From assembly GCA_035604995.1 (NCBI GenBank), contig DATNHL010000287.1, forward strand, positions 1 through 63,495: a stretch of 63,495 nt of DNA. Reading direction: 5' to 3'. Position numbers and translations under genes: made by a program. This document shows positions 1-10,547 of this stretch, piece after piece. The stretch comes from Terracidiphilus sp. (GTDB lineage: Bacteria > Acidobacteriota > Terriglobia > Terriglobales > Acidobacteriaceae). The notes under the pieces were generated by a model, which saw only the letters and a list, made by a program, of their open reading frames with translations, was not told where the DNA came from and searched no databases. Numbering within the stretch: the first letter of the stretch is position 1; each line of letters starts with the position of its first letter.

Positions 1-105
1 CCCTCCCCCACCCGGATAATAGAGACTGCTCTGGGACTCTTCGTCCGCTCCTTTGGCTCGCTCGCGGCAGATCCCTCAGCGGTCACGAGCGGGAGCGCCC
101 AAGCC

Positions 106-2679
106 ATGAAACCCATTTCCATCGTCCTGTCGCCCACGCGGAGCCGCCCCCTGAACGTCTTTCTCGGGCTGCTGCTCACGCTTGTCGCGCTCCTTCTGCT
201 CCTCTCCCTCGCCACCTGGCACGCCTCCGATCCCTCTCTCAACACAGCCTCAGGAGAGGCTGGCCCCCACGCAGTGGGCAACTGGATCGGCCTCTTTGGC
301 GCCTGGCTCAGCGATTCGCTCCTTCAGTCCCTCGGCCTCAGTGCCTTCCTGCTCCCCATCTGGCTTGGCGGCCTCGGCTGGACCTGGATGCACTCCCGCG
401 CCGGCGGCTCGGCCTGGCTGCGCTGGACCGGAACCCTGCTCGCTCTCGTCTTCCTCCCCGCCGTCTTCGGCCTCCTGCCCTGGCACTGGCGCTGGCTCCA
501 TCTGCTCCCCGTCGAAGGCGTCGTCGGCCGTCTTATCTCGTCGCTCCTGGTCGGCTACGTCAACATCCAGGGCGCCTGGCTCATCGCCGGCATGCTCGCC
601 GCCGCCGGCCTCTACTTCGCCTCCGCCGTCAGCTTCTGGGCCCTCAAAGAGACCATTCAGGAACGCTGGATCCAAGTCATGTCCTGGCACGACCGCTACC
701 GCAACTGGCGCGAAGAGCGGGCCGAGCGCAAAGCCGAGTTCCAGGCACAGCGTGAGGCCGAGCAGCACGACCTCGCGGAGATCGACTCCTCCCAAGCCGA
801 AAAACACCCCAGCCGCTTCGCCAACTTCTTCCGCCGCAACCGCGTCAGCGAGCACTACCTCGACGGCGCCGCAGTTGAAGACATCCCCGCCTTCCAACGC
901 GCCCCCCTGACCTCCGCGGAAGACGAAGCCCCGGCTGAACCCCGCAGGCCCAGCATCTGGGAGCGCTCCGCCACCGAGCCGCCCGCCCCTGACTCCGGCG
1001 TCCCCATCCTAAGGCCTCGCTCCATCGGCCTCGAAGCCATCCCCGCCCCAGCAGCAGCCCCGGCAGCCGTTCAACCCCAGCCGGGTGCCCCAGCTCTCGC
1101 TTCTGAGACCTGGGAGACCACAAAACCCGCCACCCGCGCCCCCCAGCCCATTGCCATCCACGGCCGCGCCGACGCCGAAGTCCGAACCGCCACCGTCGCC
1201 CCCAAGTCCGTCTCCGGCTTCAAGCTCCCGCCCAGCACCCTCCTCAACACCGGCGAAGCCCCCCTCGCCGTCCGCGAAGACATGCTCCGCGAAGAGGCCC
1301 GCGTTCTGGTCGAAAAATGCGCCGAGTTCGACGTCCGCGGCCAAGTGGTACAGATCAATACTGGGCCAATGGTCACCACCTACGAGTTCAAGCCCGAAGC
1401 CGGCGTCAAGTACTCCCGGGTCACCGGCCTCGCCGACGACCTCTGCCTGGCCATGCGCGCCGAATCCATCCTCATCGAGCGCATGCCCGGCAAATCCACC
1501 GTCGGCATCCAGGTCCCCAACCACGACCGCGAGACCATCCACCTCCGCGACGTCCTCGAGAGCGAGACCTTCGCCCGCTCCAAAACCCGCCTTACCGTCG
1601 CCATGGGCAAGGACATCAACGGCCGCATCGTCCCCGCGGATCTCGCCACCATGCCTCACCTGCTCATCGCCGGCTCCACAGGCTCCGGCAAATCCGTTGC
1701 CATCAACGCCATGATCATGAGCCTGTTGTTCCGCACCACTCCCGCCCAGGTTCGCCTCATCCTGGTCGACCCCAAGCGCGTCGAGCTGGGCATGTACGAA
1801 GGCATCCCCCACCTCCTCACGCCCATCATCACCGAGCCCAAGCTGGCCGCCAACGCCCTCCGCAACGCCGTTCGCGAAATGGAGCGCCGCCTCAAGCTCC
1901 TCGCCTCGCGCAGCGTCCGCAACGTCGACCAGTACAATAAATTATTCGAAAACCCCATGCCCTCGCTCTTCGACGAAGAGGAAGACAACGAGCCGCTCCC
2001 CTTTATCGTCATCATCATCGACGAACTAGCCGACCTCATGATGCTCGACCGCGCCAACGTCGAGGAGTCCATCACACGCCTCGCCCAGATGGCCCGCGCC
2101 GTCGGCATTCATCTCATCCTCGCCACCCAGCGTCCCTCGGTCGACGTCATCACCGGCCTCATCAAGGCCAACATCCCCACCCGCATCAGCTTCCGCCTCG
2201 CCACCAAGGTCGACTCGCGCACCATCCTCGACACCAACGGCGCCGAAGCTCTCCTCGGCCGCGGCGACATGCTCTTCCTGCCCCCCGGAACCAGCCGCCT
2301 TATGCGCCTCCACGCGCCCTATGTCAGCGAGAAGGAGACCGCCGCCGTCGTCGACTTCTGGAAAGCCCAGGCGGAAGCCGAATATGTGCAGGGCTTCCTC
2401 GAGTCGCCCAAGGACGAGCGCGTAGCCCCCGACGGCTCCAACGCCGACCCCGACGAAAACGACCCCATGTTCGACGACGCCGTCCGCCTCGTCTTCGAAT
2501 TCGGCAAAGCCTCTACGTCCCTCCTTCAGCGCCGCCTGCGCATCGGATACGGCCGCGCCGCCCACCTGATCGACTTGATGGAGCGCGACGGCCTCGTAGG
2601 CCCCGCAGACGGCAGCCGTCCCAGAGAATTGCTAAAAGCCCCCGGCTGGCTCCACGAAGTTCCCGCCGCCATCGATTAA
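106..2679 (+). CDS. ftsK: DNA translocase FtsK/SpoIIIE
   Basis: N-terminal TM helices, Pro/Ala linker, Walker A GSTGSGKS, IIIDELADLM, ATQRPSVDVITG, gamma domain SLLQRRLRIGYGRAA. Confidence 0.97.
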   Translation: MKPISIVLSPTRSRPLNVFLGLLLTLVALLLLLSLATWHASDPSLNTASGEAGPHAVGNWIGLFGAWLSDSLLQSLGLSAFLLPIWLGGLGWTWMHSRAGGSAWLRWTGTLLALVFLPAVFGLLPWHWRWLHLLPVEGVVGRLISSLLVGYVNIQGAWLIAGMLAAAGLYFASAVSFWALKETIQERWIQVMSWHDRYRNWREERAERKAEFQAQREAEQHDLAEIDSSQAEKHPSRFANFFRRNRVSEHYLDGAAVEDIPAFQRAPLTSAEDEAPAEPRRPSIWERSATEPPAPDSGVPILRPRSIGLEAIPAPAAAPAAVQPQPGAPALASETWETTKPATRAPQPIAIHGRADAEVRTATVAPKSVSGFKLPPSTLLNTGEAPLAVREDMLREEARVLVEKCAEFDVRGQVVQINTGPMVTTYEFKPEAGVKYSRVTGLADDLCLAMRAESILIERMPGKSTVGIQVPNHDRETIHLRDVLESETFARSKTRLTVAMGKDINGRIVPADLATMPHLLIAGSTGSGKSVAINAMIMSLLFRTTPAQVRLILVDPKRVELGMYEGIPHLLTPIITEPKLAANALRNAVREMERRLKLLASRSVRNVDQYNKLFENPMPSLFDEEEDNEPLPFIVIIIDELADLMMLDRANVEESITRLAQMARAVGIHLILATQRPSVDVITGLIKANIPTRISFRLATKVDSRTILDTNGAEALLGRGDMLFLPPGTSRLMRLHAPYVSEKETAAVVDFWKAQAEAEYVQGFLESPKDERVAPDGSNADPDENDPMFDDAVRLVFEFGKASTSLLQRRLRIGYGRAAHLIDLMERDGLVGPADGSRPRELLKAPGWLHEVPAAID

Positions 2680-2718
2680 CCAAGCGACGTCTCTCTCTCC
2701 GTTCCCATCTCACAAGCC

Positions 2719-2798
2719 TGGGTGCCCCATCCTTCCGCGCATTCTGCGGAAGGGTGGGAAACCACGGACCCAATCCGGCCGCTTTGAAAGGGCACGGC
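2719..2798. repeat. REP-like palindromic intergenic repeat (composite)
   Basis: Hairpin cccatccttccgc/gcggaagggtggg, then tgggaaaccac and gctttgaaagggcacggc; related degenerate copy at 3197-3270. Confidence 0.65.
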
Positions 2799-2917
2799 CT
2801 CCCGCCCTGGGTTGAAACAACTTTGGCCAATGCCGAAGCGGTCGCCGTAAAATACGCGAGACCGGGAATCCAAAATGGAAATCCCCGGTCAATCACTCAC
2901 ACAAGGAGGTCGACGCA

Positions 2918-3184
2918 ATGCCCAAGGTTAAGCACACATTTCCCCCCTTCACGTCGCCTTTTGGCGCCGAGGTCACGGAGGTACTCGTGGATGGCGCAGG
3001 CTGCGGGTGGACCAAGGACAAGGCCGGAAAATGGCAGTGCACACCAAAGAAAGGCGGAGATTGTGACCGCAAGGAATGGACCGATGATGGATGCCGGGTC
3101 GAGCTCACCATCATGGGAACAAGAAAGAGGTTCACCATCATATACAAGTGCATGTGCCAAAACTCAATCGAAGACGCTCTCTAG
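2918..3184 (+). CDS. Small Cys-rich hypothetical protein (88 aa, 6 Cys)
   Basis: Strong SD (aaggaggt) just before ATG; protein-like composition; no recognised family. Confidence 0.6.
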   Translation: MPKVKHTFPPFTSPFGAEVTEVLVDGAGCGWTKDKAGKWQCTPKKGGDCDRKEWTDDGCRVELTIMGTRKRFTIIYKCMCQNSIEDAL

Positions 3185-3196
3185 CAGCGCAGACGA

Positions 3197-3270
3197 AGGG
3201 TCTCCCAGATCTCACTTCTCAGGCCTGGGAAACCACATCTCACGATGAGATTGCTTTGAGGGGTACGGGC
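3197..3270. repeat. Degenerate copy of the REP-like composite repeat
   Basis: tgggaaaccac (3226-3236) identical to 2755-2765; gctttgaggggtacgggc similar to 2781-2798. Confidence 0.5.
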
Positions 3271-3436
3271 TGGTAGGTCAGGGTTTTGACCCTGACACTT
3301 GAATCAACCAGAATGATCTGGAAATCACCCCGCGCGGCGAGGCCGCGCTTACCATCTCCTATAGGCTTTTCAGTATCTCGTCTACCGCAGCGAACGAAAC
3401 GTGGGAACCCACAGCCATCAATTCAGTCAATTCCCA

Positions 3437-3937
3437 ATGAACCTGACCCTCTCCCTGGCCGCCCCCGCCGATGCCCCCGCGCTCACCGTGCTTCATGCCG
3501 CGGTCGCCGCCGACCTCACCCTGCGTCACGGCCCCGGGTTCTGGTCCCATGCCCCAACTGAAAGAGGCGTCCTTTTCAGCCTGCAACACGCGCGCATCAT
3601 CATCGCGCTCGAAGGCCAAACCATTGTCGGAACCCTGCGCCTGGCCACCAAAAAGCCCTGGGCCATCGACGTCAGCTACTTCACGCCGGTGAAGAAGGCG
3701 ATCTACCTCACCGGCATGGCGGTCGTTCCCAGGTTGCAGCGCCGGGGAATTGGCCGCCAACTCCTCAAGGAAGCAGCAGCCCAGGCCCGCGCCTGGCCCG
3801 CCGACGCCATCCGTCTCGACGCCTTCGACGCCGCTGCCGGCGCCGGCCCCTTCTATGCGCGCTCCGGCTTCCGCGAAACCGCCCGCGTAATCTACCGCAA
3901 AGATCCCCTCATCTATTTTGAGTTCTTGCTGAGTTAG
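3437..3937 (+). CDS. GNAT family N-acetyltransferase
   Basis: Motif A MAVVPRLQRRGIGRQLL and FYARSGF; start set to ATG 3437. Confidence 0.9.
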   Translation: MNLTLSLAAPADAPALTVLHAAVAADLTLRHGPGFWSHAPTERGVLFSLQHARIIIALEGQTIVGTLRLATKKPWAIDVSYFTPVKKAIYLTGMAVVPRLQRRGIGRQLLKEAAAQARAWPADAIRLDAFDAAAGAGPFYARSGFRETARVIYRKDPLIYFEFLLS

Positions 3938-4097
3938 TCCCTCCTCCCCACTCACTTCAGGCTTTAATCTGCCCTTCTGCGTCAGCCCTCCAGGGCCGCG
4001 AGTTCCCCACCCCTTCTGGCCTGCCGCCCCATCACTTATCGGATGCTGTCCGCTCAATTTTCGCTTGTCCGCCGCTCTCAAGTGGCAAACTGTATTC

Positions 4098-4883
4098 ATG
4101 CTTGAGATCATCACACCGCGCGAACTGCCTACGGTGCTCCTCATCGACGACGACATGGTGAGCCGGGAAGTGATGGCAACCATGCTGACCATGAGCGGTT
4201 ATGCCGTTCACACTGCGGCCGACGGCGAAGCGGCCCTGGCTCTGCTGGCCGGCGCGGAGTGTACTCCCGGCGTCATCCTCATGGACGTCCAGATGCCCGG
4301 CCTGAGCGGTCTCCCGTTGATTCAGCAGCTTCGCGCCAGATGCCCGGCCCGCCTTTACGTCATCAGCGCCAGCGGCACTCCGGAAGAAGTCATTGCCGCT
4401 GCCGACGGATTCATCCTCAAGCCCTTCCCGCCGGAAGCCCTCACCCGGATGATTGAAGAGCACGAGACCCAGTTGCGCCCTCCCGCCGCACCCGGCCTCG
4501 ACCCCGAGGAAACCGTCGTCAACCCCGAAACCCTGGCCCAGCTCCGCGAGATGATGCCGGAAACCGCCGTCCGCCAGATCTTCGAAGCCATCCTCGCCGA
4601 CCTCGGCCGCCGCATCGCCGCGCTCAAGGCCGCCATCGCCAAAGAGGACTGGCCTGAAACCCGCCGCATCGGCCACGCCATCAAGGGCGGCGGCTCCATG
4701 GCCGGCGCCGTCCAACTCGCCCGCCTCGGAGCGGCCATCGAGTCCGGCTCCCTCGACCCCGCAGTTAACCAACTGGATAACAGCTCCGTCATCCTCGCCG
4801 ATTTGCAGTCCGCCGCCGCCAACCTCCGGCGTATGCTGGATGCTGAATTCAAAGCGCAAAAGACACCAGACGCTGGAGGTTAG
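4098..4883 (+). CDS. Response regulator receiver + Hpt domain protein
   Basis: VLLIDDD, ILMDVQMPGLSG, FILKPF; C-terminal GHAIKGGG Hpt histidine motif. Confidence 0.88.
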   Translation: MLEIITPRELPTVLLIDDDMVSREVMATMLTMSGYAVHTAADGEAALALLAGAECTPGVILMDVQMPGLSGLPLIQQLRARCPARLYVISASGTPEEVIAAADGFILKPFPPEALTRMIEEHETQLRPPAAPGLDPEETVVNPETLAQLREMMPETAVRQIFEAILADLGRRIAALKAAIAKEDWPETRRIGHAIKGGGSMAGAVQLARLGAAIESGSLDPAVNQLDNSSVILADLQSAAANLRRMLDAEFKAQKTPDAGG

Positions 4884-4891
4884 CGAATCCC

Positions 4892-5554
4892 GTGGAAAAG
4901 CCCATCCGCATCGTACTGGCTGACGATCATCCTGTAGTCCGCATCGGCGTGCGCAACATGCTCTCGGAGAAGGACGGCTTTGAGGTGATTGGCGAAGCCA
5001 CCGACGGCGACGAGGCCATCACCCAGACCCTCGAACTGGAGCCCGACATTCTGCTGCTCGACGTGCAGATGCCGCGTCTGCCCGGCCTCGAGGCCATGCG
5101 CGCCATTATGAACGGAACCCCCACGGTCAAGATTCTTCTGCTCACGTCCACCATCACCACGCAGCAGATCATCGAGGCGCTGCACATCGGCGCCCGCGGC
5201 ATCGTGCTCAAAGACGCCCTGGCCAGCCACCTGCAAACCGCGATTCGCACCGTATTCGGCGGCGATTACTGGATCGGCGGCAAGCGCGTGGTCAACCTGG
5301 TCAGCGCCCTGCACGACCTGATGCAGCAGGCGATCGTGCCGCAGCGCAAGACCTACGGGCTCACCCCTCGCGAATTGGAAGTTGTCGGCTGCATCGTGGA
5401 AGGCTGCTCGAACCGCGACATCGCCAAGCAGTTCACTCTGAGCGAAGAAACCGTCAAGCGGCACCTGTCCAACATCTTCGACAAGACAGGTGTTTCGACA
5501 CGCCTGGAGCTGGCCCTGTTCGCCATCGCCCACCACCTGGTCGAGCCGCAGTGA
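4892..5554 (+). CDS. NarL/FixJ family response regulator (REC + LuxR HTH)
   Basis: IVLADDHPVV, LLLDVQMP, LTPRELEV...SNRDIA...TVKRHLSNIFDK. Confidence 0.95.
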   Translation: MEKPIRIVLADDHPVVRIGVRNMLSEKDGFEVIGEATDGDEAITQTLELEPDILLLDVQMPRLPGLEAMRAIMNGTPTVKILLLTSTITTQQIIEALHIGARGIVLKDALASHLQTAIRTVFGGDYWIGGKRVVNLVSALHDLMQQAIVPQRKTYGLTPRELEVVGCIVEGCSNRDIAKQFTLSEETVKRHLSNIFDKTGVSTRLELALFAIAHHLVEPQ

Positions 5555-6256
5555 CAGGCGCCAGGGATCAGTTGTCAGCCGCCCCGAGCCTCATTTGGGG
5601 CTCGCTGAAGACCGCTGGAAGATGGCCGCTTTCTGGCTGCAAAATGCCCGGTGCAACTCGCTGCGCGGCGCTCGAAGCGGACGGCTTTGGGCTCGTTACT
5701 CATTGATACACTTCTCTTGCAGGTGACTCGCATAACCGTAGTGTTCCAGGCACCGATTTCTTCTGTATCGTTGCTTCCTGGCAGCCGGTTTTGTGCAAAG
5801 TGGCCGGTACCAGGCTACCGATTTTCTGCAAATTGGTCCGTTTCATGCCGCAGTTTTTGGGTAAAGGTGTGCTCTGGACGACCCGAATCACGACACACGC
5901 AGCTGATAAGCCAACAGATTTGCGGCAAAGGTCGTGTGCTTTTGACGACCTTGCGCAGAGGTTGGGATGCGCAGCCGCCAGGGCCTGCCAGCGGTGATTC
6001 CGTGCTTTCTGGCCAGGCTCGCATTTCATGGGCGGGCGATCCATGGATAAACTACCAAGTGGGTAACCTTGCCAGAGCAGGGAAGTTTCCCGATGCACCG
6101 GAGATGCGGATTGTGAGTGCTCAGCTGCCACGGCTGTGCATTGATGGGGAATTGGTGTTGCACTCAAGCGCCCGTGAAATGATGTTGTCGAGCAGTTGAA
6201 GACGGCTCTCTCTGCGCGTCATGACAGCGGATTCTTGAAGGATGGGAGAAGGTCGA

Positions 6257-8722
6257 ATGAAAAATGACCGAAAGCACCACCGCAGGACCGCAGGTTTCCG
6301 GTTGGAGACAGTCTGGCAGGATCTTCGCTACGCAGCCCGCCAGTTGCGGCGAAATCCGGGCTTCGCGCTCACCGCGATTCTTACGCTCTCGCTGGGCATA
6401 GGCGCCAGCACTGCGGTTTTCAGCGTCGCCTATGGCGTCCTGATCGATCCGTTCCCCTACAGAGATGTGCATACGCTGGCCACCCCAAAGCTGTGCTCGC
6501 CCGAGTTTGAGGAGTGCCGTTGGAGGGAATACACGCCTGCGCAGTTCAATGAAATCGCGGAACACACCGACATCTTCAGTGGCATTACTGCGTCCACGAT
6601 CAGCGACGTTGTGCTTACCGGGGAGTCGGAACCGCAACGGCTCCGCGGCAACTACATCACGCCCAACACTTTCGATGTGCTTGGAGTTCAGCCCATGCTG
6701 GGCCGCGGCACAAGACAGGACGATGTTCTCCCCAATCACGAAGAAGTTGCTCTCCTCAGCTACCGCTATTGGCAGGCTCATTACGGCGGAAGCCGCTCGA
6801 TCCTCGGACGCACCCTGAACTTCTCCGGGCATCCCCGCACCATCATCGGGATTATGCCGCCGCGCTTTCTCTGGCGTGGAGGCGATGTTTACCTCCCCGT
6901 CCAGATGACGAACGACTATGAAGTACAAGGGCAACGCTACTTTGCTCTCGTGGGGCGCCTGAAGCCAGGCGTGACCGAGGCCCAGGCAACGGCTGAACTG
7001 CAGCCGGTCTTCGATGACTTTTCCAAGACATCGCCCTTCGTCTTCCCGAAGAACCTGCGCGTGGGTATCCTGGCCTTCGACGAGATGTTCAAATCGAACC
7101 TCGCCAGCACCCTACACCTTGTGCTGGGCGCCGCGTTTGTACTTCTGTTCATAGCCTGCGTCAATGTCTCAAGTCTGCTGTTGGCTCGCGCTGTTAACCG
7201 CGAGCGCGAGTCTGTGATTCGCGCCTCGGTGGGCGCGTCGCGGCAGAGGCTGATCCGGCACGCGCTTACGGAATCTCTGTTGCTGGCATTGGCCTCCATG
7301 CCGGTAGCGCTGGCCTTCGCCTATGCCGGATTGAAAGCGACGCTGCTGATTGTCCCGGCCGAGACCATCCCCGACGAAGCGGTCGTTACCATGAACATTC
7401 CCGTGCTGCTGTGCTCGCTCGGCATTGCGTTGGCCACCGTGGCCATCTTCGGCCTGGCGCCCGCGTGGCATAGCGCAAGCCCGCACCTGGCCGTGGCCCT
7501 GAACCATATTCGGTCGTCGGGCGGACGCGCACAGCGGCGCTTGCTGAGCGGTTTTGTCGTCACCGAGATCGCACTGTCCCTGGCCCTGCTTATGGTCGCA
7601 GGACTCATGGTCCGCTCCCTCATCGCGGTCGAGAGCATACCTGTGCCATTCGCTCCCGATCGCACGCTGATGATGTACCTTCCTCTGGCCGCTGCACACT
7701 ATCCCACCCCGGAGAGCCGCGCGGTCTTTCTCCGCGAGTTGCTCGATCGCGTTCAGGCGGTTCCCGGCGTAACCACGGCCACGGTGGATGCGGCCTTCCC
7801 CTTTATGGACATGGACGGCGAACGCGTGCAGGTCGGCGGTCAGCCATTGGACAAACGCATTGTGTCGCTCCATCTCACCGGTCCGGAGTATCTTGCGCTT
7901 TCCGGCAGAAGCATGCTGCAAGGGCACTTTCTGGACGCGCGAGAAATCTCCGCACAGTCGCATGAGGCCGTCATTTCCGAGAACTTTGCTCGCCGCTACT
8001 TTGCCGGCGAGAATGCGGTGGGCCAGACCATCCATTTGCCGGAGTTCAAGCCCGATGGCAAGAACAAGCTGCCGAACGACGCCTTCACCGTTGTCGGAGT
8101 CATGAGCGATTTGCCCTTCTTCATCGACGCCAGAGAAGATTATCCCCACATTCTGCTGCCCTATACCGTGGCCCCCGCGGCTGCCAGCACCCTCATCGTA
8201 TCCACGTCCCTGCCGGCCGGCGAACTCATGAACCCCGTGCGCAGGATCGTTTATTCCATCGACAAGGAACAGCCCACCGTGGATGCGATGACCCTTCGCC
8301 AGATGCTCGATATGTATGGCTACGCCGGCCCGCGATTTTCCTTGGCGCTCTTCGGAACATTCGCGGCTTCCGCACTGCTGCTGGCGTTGGTCGGTGTTTA
8401 CGGAGTTCTCTCCTTCATCACTTCGCAGCGCACGCAGGAGATCGGCATTCGCATGGCGCTTGGCGCCAACCGCGCCCAGGTCATGTGGATGGTGCTGCGC
8501 CAAGCCCTCGTGCTGGCGCTCCTGGGGGTGGCCGCGGGGCTTCCACTGGCCTTCGTCGCCGGTCGATTCTCCAGAGGGGAACTGATTCAAACCTCACAGC
8601 ATGATCCGTTGGCGCTCATTGCGGCGATCTGCATCCTGCCGCTGCTGGCTGTGGCGGGGACCTACCTGCCTGCTCGACGGGCTGCCAATATCAATCCGGT
8701 CACGGCTCTGCGCTCCGAGTAA
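6257..8722 (+). CDS. ABC permease, duplicated MacB/FtsX type (ADOP-like), stand-alone
   Basis: QDLRYAARQLRRNPGF start, two periplasmic+FtsX modules, EIGIRMALGA, PARRAA...ALRSE end. Confidence 0.93.
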   Translation: MKNDRKHHRRTAGFRLETVWQDLRYAARQLRRNPGFALTAILTLSLGIGASTAVFSVAYGVLIDPFPYRDVHTLATPKLCSPEFEECRWREYTPAQFNEIAEHTDIFSGITASTISDVVLTGESEPQRLRGNYITPNTFDVLGVQPMLGRGTRQDDVLPNHEEVALLSYRYWQAHYGGSRSILGRTLNFSGHPRTIIGIMPPRFLWRGGDVYLPVQMTNDYEVQGQRYFALVGRLKPGVTEAQATAELQPVFDDFSKTSPFVFPKNLRVGILAFDEMFKSNLASTLHLVLGAAFVLLFIACVNVSSLLLARAVNRERESVIRASVGASRQRLIRHALTESLLLALASMPVALAFAYAGLKATLLIVPAETIPDEAVVTMNIPVLLCSLGIALATVAIFGLAPAWHSASPHLAVALNHIRSSGGRAQRRLLSGFVVTEIALSLALLMVAGLMVRSLIAVESIPVPFAPDRTLMMYLPLAAAHYPTPESRAVFLRELLDRVQAVPGVTTATVDAAFPFMDMDGERVQVGGQPLDKRIVSLHLTGPEYLALSGRSMLQGHFLDAREISAQSHEAVISENFARRYFAGENAVGQTIHLPEFKPDGKNKLPNDAFTVVGVMSDLPFFIDAREDYPHILLPYTVAPAAASTLIVSTSLPAGELMNPVRRIVYSIDKEQPTVDAMTLRQMLDMYGYAGPRFSLALFGTFAASALLLALVGVYGVLSFITSQRTQEIGIRMALGANRAQVMWMVLRQALVLALLGVAAGLPLAFVAGRFSRGELIQTSQHDPLALIAAICILPLLAVAGTYLPARRAANINPVTALRSE

Positions 8723-8751
8723 CCGCGGATCTCATTCGAGGAGTATTCATC

Positions 8752-9657
8752 ATGAAGATCGCATTTCTCGGCCTGGGCAAGATGGGCGCACCCATGGCCC
8801 GCCGTCTGCTTGAGGCCGGTCACGAACTCACGGTGTGGAATCGCACCGAAGGGCGCGGCGCGGCGCTGGTGGCCGCTGGAGCCATTCTTGCCGCCACTCC
8901 CGCGGAGGCCGCGCAGAACGCCGACGCGGTGCTCACCATGCTCTTCGACGATGCGGCTCATGAATTGGTGCTGTTCGGGGACGAGAGCGTGGCGTCCTCC
9001 GGCGTGGTGGACGCTCTGCGGCCGGGGGCGCTGCACATTGCGCTGTCGACCATCAGCGTTGCGCTTTCGGAGCAGCTGACGGCCGAGCACACACGCCGGG
9101 GCCAGCTCTTTGTGGCCGCACCGGTGTTTGGACGGCCCAACGTGGCGGAAGAGGGCCGCCTGTGGATTGTGGCTGCGGGGGCGGATGAGGCTATTCGCAT
9201 GGCGCGGCCGCTGCTGGGGCCACTCTCTCGCGGCATCTCCGTGATTGGGCCCGAGCCCCGCATGGCGCACGCGTTGAAATTGGGTGGAAACTTCCTGATC
9301 AGCGCGATGATTCACTCGCTCGGCGAGTCGTTCGTCTACGCCGCCGGACAGGGGATCGATCCGGAGGTGTTTCTGGAGACCGTGAACAGCGCGCTGTTCC
9401 AGTCACCGTTTTACGCGGCTTACGGTAAGGTGATGCTGCACCCGCCCAATGAGCCCGGCGCCACCATCGATTTGGGCGCGAAGGATTTGCGGCTGCTGCG
9501 CGAGGCTGCGGCGGAGCGGCGCACCAGTCTGAGCTTGGCCGACAACCTGGCCGAGATCTTTCGGCAGGCGCAGCGGGCCGGGCTGGCGGGCGAGGATTGG
9601 GCCGTAGGCCAGTACCGCATGGCTCAAAGACGCGGCCAGGGAGCAAAGAACCTGTGA
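8752..9657 (+). CDS. NAD(P)-dependent oxidoreductase, beta-hydroxyacid dehydrogenase family
   Basis: IAFLGLGKMGAPMA, VWNRT, APVFG, LKLGGN. Confidence 0.9.
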   Translation: MKIAFLGLGKMGAPMARRLLEAGHELTVWNRTEGRGAALVAAGAILAATPAEAAQNADAVLTMLFDDAAHELVLFGDESVASSGVVDALRPGALHIALSTISVALSEQLTAEHTRRGQLFVAAPVFGRPNVAEEGRLWIVAAGADEAIRMARPLLGPLSRGISVIGPEPRMAHALKLGGNFLISAMIHSLGESFVYAAGQGIDPEVFLETVNSALFQSPFYAAYGKVMLHPPNEPGATIDLGAKDLRLLREAAAERRTSLSLADNLAEIFRQAQRAGLAGEDWAVGQYRMAQRRGQGAKNL

Positions 9658-9704
9658 TCGCGGTCTCTGACAAGGATCACGGAAATCGCACTAAGATAGG
9701 AACC

Positions 9705-10481
9705 ATGAGCCTGAAGGGAAAGATTGTCTTCATCACGGGAGCCAGCGGCGGGATTGGCGCGGCTACCGCACTGGCCTTCGCGGCCGAGGGAGCGCGGCTG
9801 CTGCTGGCCGCGCGGCGCGCCGGAAAACTGGCCGAAGTGGCCTCGGCGGCGCTCAAGCGCGGCGCCCCCGCGGTGCACTCGTTCCACCTGGACGTGCGCC
9901 ACTACCGCGCCGTGCAGGACGCGATCGATTGCCTGCCGGAGGAGTGGGCTGAGATTGACGTCCTGGTGAACAACGCCGGTCTCAGCCGTGGTCTGGATAA
10001 GCTCTATACCGGCAAGATTGAAGACTGGGAAGAGATGATCGACACCAACGTGAAGGGGCTGCTGTACGTCTCGCGCGCGGTTGTTCCTGGCATGGTGGTG
10101 CGGGGGCGCGGGCACGTGATCAACCTGGGCTCGACGGCGGGGGATATCTCGTATCCCAATGGGGCGGTTTACTGCGGCAGCAAGGCCGCCGAGCGGGCCA
10201 TCAACGACGGGCTCCGTGAGGACCTGCTTGGGACGCCGGTCCGCGTGACCAGCGTGGACCCCGGCATGGTGGAGACGGACTTCAGCCTGGTGCGCTTCCA
10301 CGGCGACGAGGATCGGGCTGCCAGGGTTTACAAGGGGCTGACGCCGCTGACGCCCGAGGACGTGGCCGATGCCATCGTTTGGGCCGCGGGCCGGCCGGCA
10401 CATGTGAACATTGCCCGCATCGGCATGACCTCGATTCACCAGGCCAATTCCCTGCTCTTCCACCGCGAGACGCAGTCCTGA
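9705..10481 (+). CDS. Short-chain dehydrogenase/reductase (YdfG-like)
   Basis: TGASGGIG, LVNNAG, YCGSK (YxxxK), PGMVETDF. Confidence 0.93.
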   Translation: MSLKGKIVFITGASGGIGAATALAFAAEGARLLLAARRAGKLAEVASAALKRGAPAVHSFHLDVRHYRAVQDAIDCLPEEWAEIDVLVNNAGLSRGLDKLYTGKIEDWEEMIDTNVKGLLYVSRAVVPGMVVRGRGHVINLGSTAGDISYPNGAVYCGSKAAERAINDGLREDLLGTPVRVTSVDPGMVETDFSLVRFHGDEDRAARVYKGLTPLTPEDVADAIVWAAGRPAHVNIARIGMTSIHQANSLLFHRETQS

Positions 10482-10547
10482 GCGGAAGGACTATCCGGGC
10501 TGAGGGCCGCAACCCTGTCGACGGGGTTCTGCCGCGCGGCGATCTTG

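Noticed and set aside
1342-1371. Short AT-rich codon run in ftsK
   Set aside because: About 10 codons, too short to separate from noise, unlike the mqnC patch
5651-6199. 182-aa ORF in the long lower-GC intergenic region
   Set aside because: No motifs, no SD, atypical composition; no structured element could be supported either
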